A stretch of DNA of 64,000 bases. Source: Corallococcus caeni. Its GTDB lineage: Bacteria; Myxococcota; Myxococcia; Myxococcales; Myxococcaceae. Within the stretch, counting starts at the first letter, position 1, and the number at the start of each line of letters is the position of its first letter. This document shows positions 1-9,700 of this stretch, in pieces. The position numbers and the translations under genes were made by a program. The notes beneath the pieces are model-generated. The model made no database searches, had not been told where the DNA came from, and worked only from the letters and a program-made list of their open reading frames with translations. The stretch spans positions 224,396 to 288,395 of the forward strand of contig NZ_BTTW01000008.1 of NCBI RefSeq assembly GCF_036245865.1, in the 5' to 3' direction.

Positions 1-114
1 GAGGAGGCGGCGGAGGCCCGTGCCGCGCTCGCTCGCACGCTGGAGCGCACCGTGGAGGGCCCGGAGGAGCAGGAGCCCCCGGAGCCTGACGGCGCCGCTG
101 AGCCGGCAGGGTGA
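1..114 (+). CDS. 3' end of an upstream gene (partial; frame 1 is open from base 1 to TGA at 112-114)
   Basis: Frame 1 reads EEAAEARAALARTLERTVEGPEEQEPPEPDGAAEPAG* with GC-rich third positions. This is only a fragment. Confidence 0.3.
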   Translation, partial: EEAAEARAALARTLERTVEGPEEQEPPEPDGAAEPAG

Positions 115-153
115 TGACGCCAGCCATCACCCCTCCAACGACAGTCATCAGCG

Positions 154-999
154 GTGAGGGCCTTCGCTGACGTGGACAGGCCCACGGGGCCTGGAATCAC
201 AGGGGGTTGGCGCTCACTCCAAGGCGCACGAGCGCTGGCACACGCCGTGCTCATGGGACCGACATCCCCGCTGTTTCCATCGAGGCCCTGTCCCATGGCG
301 ATCTCCTCCCTGCCGCGTCCGTCCTCAAACCCGTGCGCGATGCGTCCTTCCGAAGCCGCGCAGGCCCCTCGGAATGTCGTGGTGAAGGTCGTCACCCCCG
401 AGGGCAAGCCAGTGAAGACGGTGGACTCCGCGAAGCAGCCCCAGGAGTTCGCGAAGCTGCTGAAGGAGCTGGGCCTGACCAAGGAGGCCCTGCTGAAGGG
501 CGAGGGCGCGAAGGGCCCGGCCCCGAAGCCCACCCCCTCACAGAGCTTCCAGCAGGACCGGAACCGCGACAGCTTCGAGCCGTCCAAGCCGCAGGGCGCG
601 AAGGGCCCGTCCTCCGGCAAGAGCGCGGATCAGGTGGCCCAGGACATCGCGAAGGAGGCCACGTCCTGGAAGTACGACTACTCGGGCGGCAAGACGTGGG
701 ATGCCGCCATGAAGAACGCCGGTAACTTCGACGCGTCCAAGTCTGGCGTCTGCGTGGACATGGCCATCGAGGCCGAGCAGCGCTTCGAGCAGGCTGGCGT
801 GGAGGCGCGCGTCGCCTTCGGCAACACGGACCAGGGCCTTCACGCGTGGGTGGAGTTCAAGGACGACAAGGGCCAGTTCCAGGCCTTCGACCCCACCGCC
901 GCGGCCTGCACCAAGAAGGCCGACGACGCCATCACCCCGTACGACGGCGGCGCCTACAAGTACCAGGGCGTCACCGAGACCCACCAGGCCGTGGGCTGA
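154..999 (+). CDS. Transglutaminase-like (Cys-His-Asp) domain protein; start uncertain
   Basis: The C-terminal half carries GVCVDMA ... GLHAWVEF ... D, matching the transglutaminase-like cysteine-peptidase core (GxCxxxA ... HAWxE). The N-terminal part is low complexity with GAKGP repeats. Alternative in-frame starts at M34, M48 and M63 are possible. Confidence 0.5.
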   Translation: MRAFADVDRPTGPGITGGWRSLQGARALAHAVLMGPTSPLFPSRPCPMAISSLPRPSSNPCAMRPSEAAQAPRNVVVKVVTPEGKPVKTVDSAKQPQEFAKLLKELGLTKEALLKGEGAKGPAPKPTPSQSFQQDRNRDSFEPSKPQGAKGPSSGKSADQVAQDIAKEATSWKYDYSGGKTWDAAMKNAGNFDASKSGVCVDMAIEAEQRFEQAGVEARVAFGNTDQGLHAWVEFKDDKGQFQAFDPTAAACTKKADDAITPYDGGAYKYQGVTETHQAVG

Positions 1000-1013
1000 C
1001 GTCTCCCGCCGGG

Positions 1014-1751
1014 TCAGCGTGAGCGCCGCGCCGCGATCCCGTCGAGCACGCACTCCAGGCCCTGGTCGAACAGCGCGTCCAGGGGCGGGTGCGTCGCGTC
1101 CTGCATGACCCTCGCGAGCATCGGGAACTGGCCGGTGGCGAGCATCCGCTGGAGGTAGGGCCCCGTGGCGTTCTGCCACTCCGTCTTGGTCTTGCCGCTC
1201 TGGACTTCGGAGCGCAGCTCGCTGGCCTCGGACTGGATGGCGCCGATGACGTAGGCGTTGACCGTTCGCAGGGCGTGCATGACGGTGTCGATGTCCTCGA
1301 ACCCCGGCGTGTCCCCCAGCGCGGCCAGTGCCGCCTCGAGGTGCGCGAGTGCGTGGGGGCCCAGGTGGGGACGGCCGCCCAGCAGGCCGGTGAACCACGG
1401 GTGCTTGCGTGAAGCCCGCCGCATGCGGTGGGCGACGGCGCGCAGGGCCTTGCGCCAGTCCCCGCGCAGCCGGCCGTCCGCGGCCATCTCCCCGTAGACC
1501 TCGTCCACCATCAGCTCGAGCAGCTCCTCCTTCGTGGCCACGTAGCCGTAGAGCCGCATGGGGCCGGCCTCCAGCGCGGCCGCCACGTTGCGCAGCGACA
1601 CGGCGTCGAGCCCCTCCTTGTCGGCGAGCCCCATGGCCGCCTGCACGATGGCCTCCCGGCTCAGCGGGACCGGCGGGGGCCTCTGGGCGGGCTCGGGGCG
1701 CTCCCAGACCACGGGGGGCTTCTTCGCACTCGGTTTGCGTCCAGGGCTCAT
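1014..1751 (-). CDS. TetR/AcrR family transcriptional regulator
   Basis: N-terminal HTH (SREAIVQAAMGLADKEGLDAVSLRNVAAALEAGPMRLYGYV) is followed by a helical ligand-binding domain. It is divergent from the monooxygenase gene. Confidence 0.85.
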   Translation of the reverse strand: MSPGRKPSAKKPPVVWERPEPAQRPPPVPLSREAIVQAAMGLADKEGLDAVSLRNVAAALEAGPMRLYGYVATKEELLELMVDEVYGEMAADGRLRGDWRKALRAVAHRMRRASRKHPWFTGLLGGRPHLGPHALAHLEAALAALGDTPGFEDIDTVMHALRTVNAYVIGAIQSEASELRSEVQSGKTKTEWQNATGPYLQRMLATGQFPMLARVMQDATHPPLDALFDQGLECVLDGIAARRSR

Positions 1752-1789
1752 CGCCCTCCGTCTTGCCCATTTCCGGCCACATTGACAAC

Positions 1790-1824
1790 CCGTATCCGGA
1801 GATACACTGTATTGAAGGATACGG
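1790..1824. promoter_or_regulatory. Nested palindromic candidate TetR operator in the TetR/monooxygenase intergenic region
   Basis: CCGTATCC(1790-1797) ... ATACACTGTAT(1802-1812) ... GGATACGG(1817-1824) forms a perfect inverted repeat with an inner palindrome. TTGACA at 1782-1787 sits just upstream. Confidence 0.45.
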
Positions 1825-1834
1825 CGAATCGGAG

Positions 1835-3277
1835 ATGGCGATGGAGACGAAGTCGACGGCGGTGCTCGTGGTGGGTGGCAGTCTGGTGGGGTTGTCAGCC
1901 GCGGTGTTCCTCGCGTGGCGAGGTGTTCCGACCGTGGTGGTCGAGCGACATCCGGGGAGCCATCCGCATCCCCGCGCCATCGGCTTCACGCCCCGGACCC
2001 TGGAACTGTTCCGCGCCGTGGGCCTGGGCGCGCGCATCCCCCAGGCGCCTCCAGGAATGCGGCTGCGGCGGGTCCGGGCGGAGAGCCTGAGCGGACAGTG
2101 GTTCGAGGAGTCCGCCTGGACGCCGGAGGACCGGAACGTGCCCGACCTGGAGTTCTCGCCGTGCCGGGGTGCGGCGATGGCGCAGGATCGCCTGGAGCCC
2201 ATCCTCCGGGAGCAGGCGCTCGCGCTGGGCGCGGACCTGCGGCTGGGGACGGAGTTGGTCCGGTTCGAGCAGAGCGCTGACGGCGTCGTCGCGTGGTTGC
2301 GCGGCCGCGACGGCCAGGAGGAGCTGCTGCGGGCCGACTACCTGGTCGCGGCGGACGGACATCGAAGCCCGGTCCGCGAGGCGCTCGGCATTGGCCGGAG
2401 CGGGCGGGGGCTCATGCGCACCGCGCGCAGCGCCATCTTCCGGGCGCCGTTGCAGGAGTACCTGAAGGCGGGCGTCTCGCAGTTCAACATCGTGCAGCCG
2501 GACTTCGAGGCGTTCCTCACCACCTACGGTGACGGCCGCTGGCTGCTGATCCACCGGGAGGACCGCGAGCTGGATGACGCCGAGCTCCGGGCCATCATCG
2601 CCCGGGCGATTGGCCGGGACGACCTGCCGGTCGAGGTGCTCACCACGGGCCGCTGGGAGATCAGCGCGCTGATCGCGGACCGCTTCGCCTCCGGCCGGGT
2701 GTTCCTCGCGGGAGACGCCGCGCACACGCTGCCGCCCAACCGCGGCGGCTACGGGGCGAACACGGGCATCGACGATGCGCACAACCTGGCGTGGAAGCTG
2801 GCGGCGGTGCACTCCGGCGCGGCGTCGCCCCGGCTGCTCGACACGTATGACGCCGAACGGCGGCCCATCGCATGGTTGAGGCACCAGCAGATCTTCGCGC
2901 GCGACGACTTCAAGCCCATGGCGGCGCCGGGTAGCGACGCGCCAATTCTCGACGACGCGGCCATGGAGTTCGGTCAGCTCTACCGTTCGGACGCGGTGCT
3001 GGGCACGGACGCGACGCTGCCGCCCGCGGCCCGGCCCGACCAGTGGGCCGGTCAGCCCGGCACGCGCGCGCCCCATCTCTGGGTGGAGAAGGGCGGTGAG
3101 CGGGTGTCGACGCTCGACCTGCTCCAGCGGACGTGGGTGCTCCTCACCGAGGACGCGCGGTGGGAGTCGGCCGTGGCGCGCGTCGCAAGGGCGTCAGGCC
3201 TCGCGCTGGAGTGCGTGCGCATGGGCGGGGACGTGCGGCCGCTGGACGCGGGGCGTTCCGGAGCGCGTTCGGGCTGA
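1835..3277 (+). CDS. FAD-dependent aromatic-ring monooxygenase (PheA/TfdB-like)
   Basis: The start MAMETKSTAVLVVGGSLVGLSAAVFL is a GxGxxG FAD fingerprint. It also carries DGHRSPVR, GRVFLAGDAAH and GANTGIDDAHNLAWKL. The upstream part of ORF 1409..3277 is antisense to tetR and was trimmed to the ATG at 1835. Confidence 0.85.
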   Translation: MAMETKSTAVLVVGGSLVGLSAAVFLAWRGVPTVVVERHPGSHPHPRAIGFTPRTLELFRAVGLGARIPQAPPGMRLRRVRAESLSGQWFEESAWTPEDRNVPDLEFSPCRGAAMAQDRLEPILREQALALGADLRLGTELVRFEQSADGVVAWLRGRDGQEELLRADYLVAADGHRSPVREALGIGRSGRGLMRTARSAIFRAPLQEYLKAGVSQFNIVQPDFEAFLTTYGDGRWLLIHREDRELDDAELRAIIARAIGRDDLPVEVLTTGRWEISALIADRFASGRVFLAGDAAHTLPPNRGGYGANTGIDDAHNLAWKLAAVHSGAASPRLLDTYDAERRPIAWLRHQQIFARDDFKPMAAPGSDAPILDDAAMEFGQLYRSDAVLGTDATLPPAARPDQWAGQPGTRAPHLWVEKGGERVSTLDLLQRTWVLLTEDARWESAVARVARASGLALECVRMGGDVRPLDAGRSGARSG

Positions 3278-3414
3278 AGGCGGGAGGCGCGTCGTTGATC
3301 CGCCCGGATGGCTACGTGGCCTGGCGCTCGGTCGACCTTCCGGACTCGCCGCTCGATGCGCTCCGCGAGTCCCTGGCGAAGTGCGCTTCCTCGACGCGCA
3401 TGGGCTGAGCGCCG

Positions 3415-3993
3415 TTACCGGAGGTTCCGGATGACGCGGCAGGGGTTGCCGGCGGCGAAGACATACGGCGGGATGTCCCGGGTCACCACGCTGCCCGCGC
3501 CGATGGTGGAGCCCTCTCCGATGGTCACGCCCGGGCAGATGATGGAGCCGCCGCCAATCCACACCTTCGAGCCGATGGTGATGGCGCGGCCCAGTTCCGG
3601 GCCCTTGATGCGCTCATCCGGGTCCAGGGGATGCGTGGCCGCGTACACCTGCACGCCCGGTCCGAAGGACACGTCGTCGCCAATCGTCACCGTGTTGCAG
3701 TCCAGGATGACGCACTGGAAGTTCATGAAGACGCGCTCGCCCAGCCGGATGTGCTCGCCGTAGTCGCAATAGAAGGGCGGTTCGATCCACGTCCCCGCGC
3801 CCACCTTGCCCAGCAGCTCGGTGAGCAGGCTCTCCCGCTCCGGCAGCTCATCCTCGGTGGACTGGTTGTAGCGGCGCAGGAGCTTGCGGGCGCGGGCCCG
3901 CTCGGCCATCAGCTGTGGATCGGTGGCGAGGTACAGCTCCCCCGCGAGCATCTTCTCCTTCTCGGTCCGTGCCATGCCCTGGAGGGTAGTCAC
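3415..3993 (-). CDS. Maltose/galactoside O-acetyltransferase (left-handed beta-helix, hexapeptide repeats)
   Basis: Mac N-terminal domain (LAGELYLATDPQLMAERARARKLLRRYNQ) is followed by hexapeptide repeats (IGDDVSFGPGVQVY, IGSKVWIGGGSIICPGVTIGEGSTIGAGSVV). Confidence 0.8.
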   Translation of the reverse strand: MTTLQGMARTEKEKMLAGELYLATDPQLMAERARARKLLRRYNQSTEDELPERESLLTELLGKVGAGTWIEPPFYCDYGEHIRLGERVFMNFQCVILDCNTVTIGDDVSFGPGVQVYAATHPLDPDERIKGPELGRAITIGSKVWIGGGSIICPGVTIGEGSTIGAGSVVTRDIPPYVFAAGNPCRVIRNLR

Positions 3994-4070
3994 ACCTCCA
4001 CGTCGCTGGTGAACAGCCCGTGGCCCGGCTTCGCGGACCCGGATGACACTGGACAGTCAGGCCAGCGAGG

Positions 4071-4853
4071 ATGGCGCCCATGAGGATCGAGCGGGTCGAG
4101 GAGACGCTGGAGCGCATCCGTCGCGAGGTGGAGCGGACGCCGGACGGCGTGCTGGCCTTCGACGGGGACGGCACGTTGTGGAGCGGGGACGTGGGGGATG
4201 ACCTGTTCATGGCCCTGCTGGAGCACGGCGGCGTGCGGCCCGAGGCCCGCGTGGCGCTGGAGCGGCTGGGCGCCCACCATGGCGTGGAGGCGCATCCGGA
4301 CGCGGTGACGCTGGCGCACGCGCTGTTCAAGGCGTTCGAGGCCGGGCGGCTGCCGGAGAAGGCCACCTACGAGATGATGGCGTGGATCTTCGCGGGCTGG
4401 CACGCGGAGGAGATGCGCGGCTTCGCCCAGGAGGTGGTGGCCCGCAAGGACGTGGCCCGCCGCATCCACCCGGAGGCTCGCCGCGTGGTGGAGTGGGCCC
4501 GCGGGCAGGGCGTGGACTGCTACGTGGTCAGCGCGTCGCCGCGCGCGGTGGTGGAGGCGGCCGTGCGCGAGGTGGGGCTCACGTCCGAGTTCGTGCTGGC
4601 GTGCACGCCGAAGGAGGAGGGCGGACGGTTGCAGACGTCCGTCTTCGAGCCCGTGCCCTACGGCCCCGGCAAGGTGTCCTGCCTGAGGCAGCGCACGGAC
4701 CGGCCGCTCTACGCCGCCTTCGGCGACAACGTGTTCGACCTGGACCTGCTCGCGGCGGCCCGCGTTCCGGTGGCCATCCGCCCCAAGGTCCGGCTGCGGG
4801 ACCGCGCGGCGGAGCTGCCGGCGCTGGTGCAGCTGCATCCCGAAGAGGCCTGA
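4071..4853 (+). CDS. HAD-superfamily hydrolase (SerB-like subfamily IB)
   Basis: LAFDGDGTLWSGDVGDDLF supplies the DxDGT nucleophile motif, with a later GDNVFDLDLL motif. Confidence 0.7.
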   Translation: MAPMRIERVEETLERIRREVERTPDGVLAFDGDGTLWSGDVGDDLFMALLEHGGVRPEARVALERLGAHHGVEAHPDAVTLAHALFKAFEAGRLPEKATYEMMAWIFAGWHAEEMRGFAQEVVARKDVARRIHPEARRVVEWARGQGVDCYVVSASPRAVVEAAVREVGLTSEFVLACTPKEEGGRLQTSVFEPVPYGPGKVSCLRQRTDRPLYAAFGDNVFDLDLLAAARVPVAIRPKVRLRDRAAELPALVQLHPEEA

Positions 4854-4998
4854 AACGGCTGTGCGCCGCTTCGTGGGTGAACACGAAGCGGCGCACGTTG
4901 CTGCGTGCGGGAGTGTCAGCGCCCGGAGACGGGGACGAACTCCCGCGCGCCGCTTCGCGGGTGACCACGAAGCGGCGTCACGTCGATGCGGGCGGAGG

Positions 4999-6750
4999 TC
5001 AGCGCTCCGACACGGGCACGAACTCCACGCGGCGGTTCGCGCTGCGGCCTTCCGGCGTCTCGTTGGACACGCGCGGACGGTCGGGGCCGAAGCCCTTCGC
5101 CTCCATGCGCGAGCCCGCGATGCCCTTCTGGATGAGGTACGCGCGCACGCGGTTCGCGCGCTGCTGGCTCAGCGTGCGGTTGGCTTCCTCCGGACCGCTG
5201 TTGTCCGTGTGGCCTTCAATCCGGATGCTCAGCTTCGGATTCGCCTTCAGGTACGCCGCGATGGCATCCAGCTGCTGCTGCTCGTTCTCCTGGAACTCCG
5301 ACTGGTTCACCGGGAACTGGACGATGTGCTCCAGCGGCGACGTCGTCTCCTCCGCGGGCTTCTCCTCCTGCGGCTGGGGCTTGGGCTCCTCGGGCGGCTT
5401 CTGCTGCTTGGCGGGGCAGCCACGTTCGGACGCGGGACCGGCCTCGTTCGGGCAGGCGTCGTCCTTGTCCGGCACGCCGTCCTTGTCCGTGTCCTTCACG
5501 GGGCAGCCGCGCTCGGACGCGGGGCCGGCCTCGTTCGGGCAGGCATCGTCCTTGTCTGGCACGCCGTCCTTGTCGGTGTCCTTCACGGGGCAGCCACGCT
5601 CGGACGACGGACCGGCCTCGTTCGGGCACTGATCTTCACGGTCCACCACGCCGTCGCCGTCCGAGTCCTTGTCCGGGCAGCCGTTGTTCTCCACGGAGCC
5701 GGACTCCAGCGGGCAGCGGTCGTCCTTGTTCGCCACGCCGTCGCCGTCGTCATCCTCGTTGGGGCACTGCTCCGGCGTGTGGCTGCGGCCGGTGCGGCAG
5801 CGGTCCACGGGCTCGGGCTCGTTCGCGTACGCGATGCCCGCGCCCAGGCGGAACGACGGCGTGCCCGGGATGTCCGTGAAGCCGTGCCCGCCAATCGCGA
5901 ACGCCTCGAAGCCCGCGCCCACCGGCAGCCGCACGCCGCCCAGCAGCTCCAGCGCGAAGTCCGACTCCACGAGCGACTCGGCGGCCTGCAGCGCGATTTC
6001 GCCGCGCAGCCCCTTGCCGCGCGTGGCCACCACCACGCCCTGCTCCAGCTCCGTGCCGACGTCGCGGCCCGGCTCCACTTCCTTGGAGCGGATCCGCACG
6101 CCCGCGTTGGCGCCCAGCACCACGGGCCCCAGCTCGCGGCTCACCGACACGCGGGGCGCCACCTGGAACCCCGCCCAGCCCGCCTGACGGCCGAACGCGT
6201 CCGCCGTGCCGCCCGGCAGCCCGATGTCCAGGCCCAGGCCCAGGAACACCGGCGCGCCTTCCTCCCGCCGCAGCAGTTCGTAGCGCACGCCCAGCTCCGG
6301 CGTGCCCAGGCCGAACGAGTCCGGCTCGCTCACGCCGACCAGCTGCTCCGCGCCGTGGCCGCCCTGCGCGATGATGACGGGCAGCTTCGCGGAGAACTCC
6401 AACCGGTCCACCGGCGACCACGCGCCAGCCAGCCAGCCCGCGGTGCGGTAGTGGAGGATGGAGCGCTCCAGCCCGTCACTGCCCTGGAGCAGGAGGATGC
6501 CGCGCTCGTAGTTGACCATGAGGAGCAGGCGGTAGCCGCCCTCGGGGAGCACGCGGCCGGTGTCCACCAGCATCGAGTCCGTCGCCGCCGGCTGGAAGCG
6601 CAGGCGCTCCAGGTCCAGCGGCCTGAGCGGGCTCGTGGTGGTCTGTCCGAACGCGGCGGGGGAGACGGCGGTGGCCAGCAGCGCGGCCAGCGCCCAGCTC
6701 TGTGCCTTTGTACGCAAGGGAAGGTCCATTCGAGAAAAGAAGGAGCGCAT
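4999..6750 (-). CDS. OmpA-family outer-membrane protein with thrombospondin type-3 (TSP3) Ca-binding repeats
   Basis: Signal peptide MRSFF...ALAALLATAVSPAAFGQ, then beta-barrel-like alternating segments. Repeated DTDKDGVPDKDDACPNEAGP TSP3 units follow. The C-terminal OmpA domain reads IEGHTDNSGPEEANRTLSQQRANRVRAYLIQKGI...RMEAKGFGPDRP. Confidence 0.85.
   Translation of the reverse strand: MRSFFSRMDLPLRTKAQSWALAALLATAVSPAAFGQTTTSPLRPLDLERLRFQPAATDSMLVDTGRVLPEGGYRLLLMVNYERGILLLQGSDGLERSILHYRTAGWLAGAWSPVDRLEFSAKLPVIIAQGGHGAEQLVGVSEPDSFGLGTPELGVRYELLRREEGAPVFLGLGLDIGLPGGTADAFGRQAGWAGFQVAPRVSVSRELGPVVLGANAGVRIRSKEVEPGRDVGTELEQGVVVATRGKGLRGEIALQAAESLVESDFALELLGGVRLPVGAGFEAFAIGGHGFTDIPGTPSFRLGAGIAYANEPEPVDRCRTGRSHTPEQCPNEDDDGDGVANKDDRCPLESGSVENNGCPDKDSDGDGVVDREDQCPNEAGPSSERGCPVKDTDKDGVPDKDDACPNEAGPASERGCPVKDTDKDGVPDKDDACPNEAGPASERGCPAKQQKPPEEPKPQPQEEKPAEETTSPLEHIVQFPVNQSEFQENEQQQLDAIAAYLKANPKLSIRIEGHTDNSGPEEANRTLSQQRANRVRAYLIQKGIAGSRMEAKGFGPDRPRVSNETPEGRSANRRVEFVPVSER
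5412..5680. repeat. Tandem 87-nt (29-codon) DNA repeat, two near-identical copies plus a degenerate third, encoding the TSP3 units
   Basis: gtccttcacggggcagcc(a/g)cg(t/c)tcggacgcggg(a/g)ccggcctcgttcgggcaggc(g/a)tcgtccttgtc(c/t)ggcacgccgtccttgtc(c/g)gt is repeated in tandem. On the protein it appears as two exact DTDKDGVPDKDDACPNEAGPASERGCPVK copies. Confidence 0.7.
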
Positions 6751-6753
6751 GTC

Positions 6754-9700
6754 TCAGTTCTCCCCAGCCGGGTTCTGACGGCGGCGCGACTGACTCCAGG
6801 CCGCCAGCGCGGCGAGGAGCGCCAGCGCGGACGTGGTGCCGCCGGTGCTGTCACAGCCACCGCCGGCGATCTCCACGACCTCCGCCTGGACCCGGACCTG
6901 GAACGTGCACTGCGCGGTGTTGCCCGCGGCATCCGTGGCGGTGACGGTGACCTGCGTGGCGCCCGGCGCGAAGGTGCTGCCCGACGCGGGCGACGACGTC
7001 ACCGTCGGCGAGGCCGTCACCGCGTCCGTGGCCGTGGGGTTGAACGTCACCGGCTCGCCAGGGCCCACCAGGACGTCGGCGGGGCAGGTGAGCGCGGGAG
7101 CCGTGGTGTCCTGCACCGTCACCTGGAACGAACAGGTGAGGCCGCTGGAGGTCGCGGTGACCGTCGTGGTGCCCAGCGGGAAGCGCGAACCCGACGCCTG
7201 CGAGTAGATCACCGGGAGCCCCGCCGGCTCCAGGACCGCGGGGTCGTAGGTCACGTCGGCGCCGTCCGCACCGGTCGCCTCCGCGGTGACGTTCGCGGGA
7301 CAGGTGAGGGTCGGGACGGCATCCACCACGTTGAGGGTCACGGTCGCGAGGTTGCTGTCGTCGACGCAGTCCCGAACCCGGTAGGTGAAGCTGTCAGGGC
7401 CCACGTAGCCGGGCGCGGGCGTATACGCGAGGTGCCCCTGCGCGCTGGTGCCGAGCGTGCCGTGCTGCGGCTGGGTGACGATGGTCCAGGTCAACACCTG
7501 GCCGGGGTCCGGATCCGTGCCGTTCAGGCCGAGCTCCACCGCCGTGTCCTTCGGGACGGTGACCGTCTGGTCCGCCGCCGTCGGGGGGCGGTTGGCGACG
7601 ACGGTCACCGTGCGTCCGCCGGGGATGGCGTTGGCGAAGACGGAGAGGCCGTAGGTGCCCACCGGCGTGCCGGTGGGGACCGTCACCGTCGCGCGCGTGG
7701 CCGAGGTGTCGCTGCTGGGGAGCGTCCAGAGGCGCCCGCCCTCGGCGGCCCGCAGCCGCACCAGGGGGAAGTCGGTAGAGGAGTCGGCGCTGTTGCCAGA
7801 ACTCGCACCGGAGATGCCCCGGAACAGCAGGCCCTCCAGGACGGTGGGGCAGCCGGCGACGAAGGTCGGCGGGTTCGTCACGGTGGGCCGCCACGCGGGG
7901 AGGGCGCCGGTGTCATCGAACAGCTCCGCGTTGGGGGTGGCGAGGCCGCCCGTCAGCAGGACCTCACCCGAGGGCAGGGCGACGGTGACCAGCCCCCCCG
8001 CGGTGGTGGGGTCCGCGACGTTGAGCCAGCGGCGGAGCATGGGGTCGTAGACCTCCGCCGTGTTGGCGTAGTCACCATTCGTGGTGATGCCGCCCGCGGC
8101 CAGCACCTTGCCGTTGGGCATCAGCGTGGCGGAGTGCAGCCAGCGGGGCTGCGTGAGCGCGCCCACCGAGGCCCAGGAGTTCGTGCCGGGCGTGTACAGC
8201 TCCGAGGTCGTCAGCTCCGTGAAGGCCGCGATGCCGCCCGCCGCGAGCACCTGGCCCGACGGCAGCAGCGTCAGCGTCAGCTCGTCGCGGGCGCCCGCGA
8301 GGCTCGCCGCCGCGGCCCAGGTGTTGGTGGCGGGGTCATAGATCTCCGCCGAGGCCAGCTCCGAGCCGCCGCCGCCGTGTCCGCCGACGACGAGCACCCG
8401 GCCGTTCTGGAGCAGCACGGCGCGATGTCCGGCGCGCGCCGTGGCGAGCGAGCCGGCCGGGGTCCACGTATTCGTGTCGGGCGCGTACACCTCCGCGCTT
8501 CCGAGCACCGTGGTGTTGCTCTGGCCACCGACGACGAGCACCCGGCCATCCGGCAGGAGCGTGGCGGTGTGCAGGTGGCGCGTGCCCAACAGCGTCGCGG
8601 TGGGCAGCCAGGTGTTGGTGGTGGGATCGAAGCGCTCCACGGAGGCCGTGGAGGTGTTGGTGTTGCGGCCGCCCACGATCAGGACCTGCCCCGAAGGCAG
8701 CACGGTGGCGGTGGCGCGCTCGCGCGGCGTGGCGAGCGCGGGCAGGGCGGTCCACGAGTTGCTCGCGCGGTCATACAGCTCCGCCGCGGACGACGAGGTG
8801 AACTGGCCGCGGCCGCCCGCGACGAGCACCTGACCCGACGGCAGCAGCGCCACCGCCGCGTCGGTCCGGGGCGTGCCCATGGCGCCCGCGGGCGACCACC
8901 GGCTCAGGGCGGGATCGTAGACCTCCGTCTCCGCGTAGAAGGTCAGGGCGGGGGCCGAGGCGAAGCCGCCCGCGATGAACACCTTGCCGTTCGGCAGCAG
9001 CGTCGCGGTGTGGTTCTCGCGGGCGACGTTCATCGTGCCCGCGGCGGCCCAGGTGCCGGTGGCGGGATCATAGATTTCCGATTCGATCTGCGGCACCGAG
9101 TTGGAGACGCTACCCCCGGTGACGAGGACGCGGCCGTCGGGAAGCAGCGTGGCCATGTGGCCGGCGCGCGGGAACGCGAGGCTGCCCGTGGCGGTCCAGG
9201 TGTTGGCCACCGGGTCGTAGAGCTCCGACTGGGTCGTCGCGCCGCCCGCCGCGAAGCCGCCCGCGACGAGCACGCGGCCGTCGGGGAGCAGGGTGCTGGT
9301 GAAGTAGTGACGGGCGACCAGCGGGGCCGCGGCGGCGGTCCAGGTGCCGGTCGCGGGGTTGTAGCGGTCCGCGCCGGGCACCTCGCCGGCCCCGCTGAAG
9401 CCGCTCACCGCGAGCACCTGCCCGTCGCGCAGCCGCGTGGCGGTGTGCGCGTTGCGGCCCAGGGTCATGGCGCCGGTGGGGACGAAGGCGTTGGCGACCG
9501 GGTCATACAGCTCCGCCGACGTGAGCCGGACGCCGCCAGCGCCGGTGCCGCCCGCGACCAGCGCCTGCCCCGTGCCCAGCAGCGTGAGCGTGGGCGTGCT
9601 GCGAGTGGTGGACATGTTGCCCGTGGCGGTCCAGGCGCCCGTCGCGGGGTCGTAGAGACGTCCCGCGGCGGAGCCGTCGGTCAACACCAGCACCTTGCCG

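Noticed and set aside
154-700. GAKGP repeats in the first half of ORF 154..999 as a possible collagen-like domain
   Set aside because: There are only a few scattered repeats and no sustained G-X-Y periodicity. The region is more likely a low-complexity linker before the transglutaminase-like domain.
538-2202. 554-aa minus-strand ORF spanning the TetR and monooxygenase genes
   Set aside because: It is antisense or out of frame relative to two genes with clear family signatures. Its translation is an Arg/Gly/Pro-rich run typical of spurious ORFs in 70% GC DNA.
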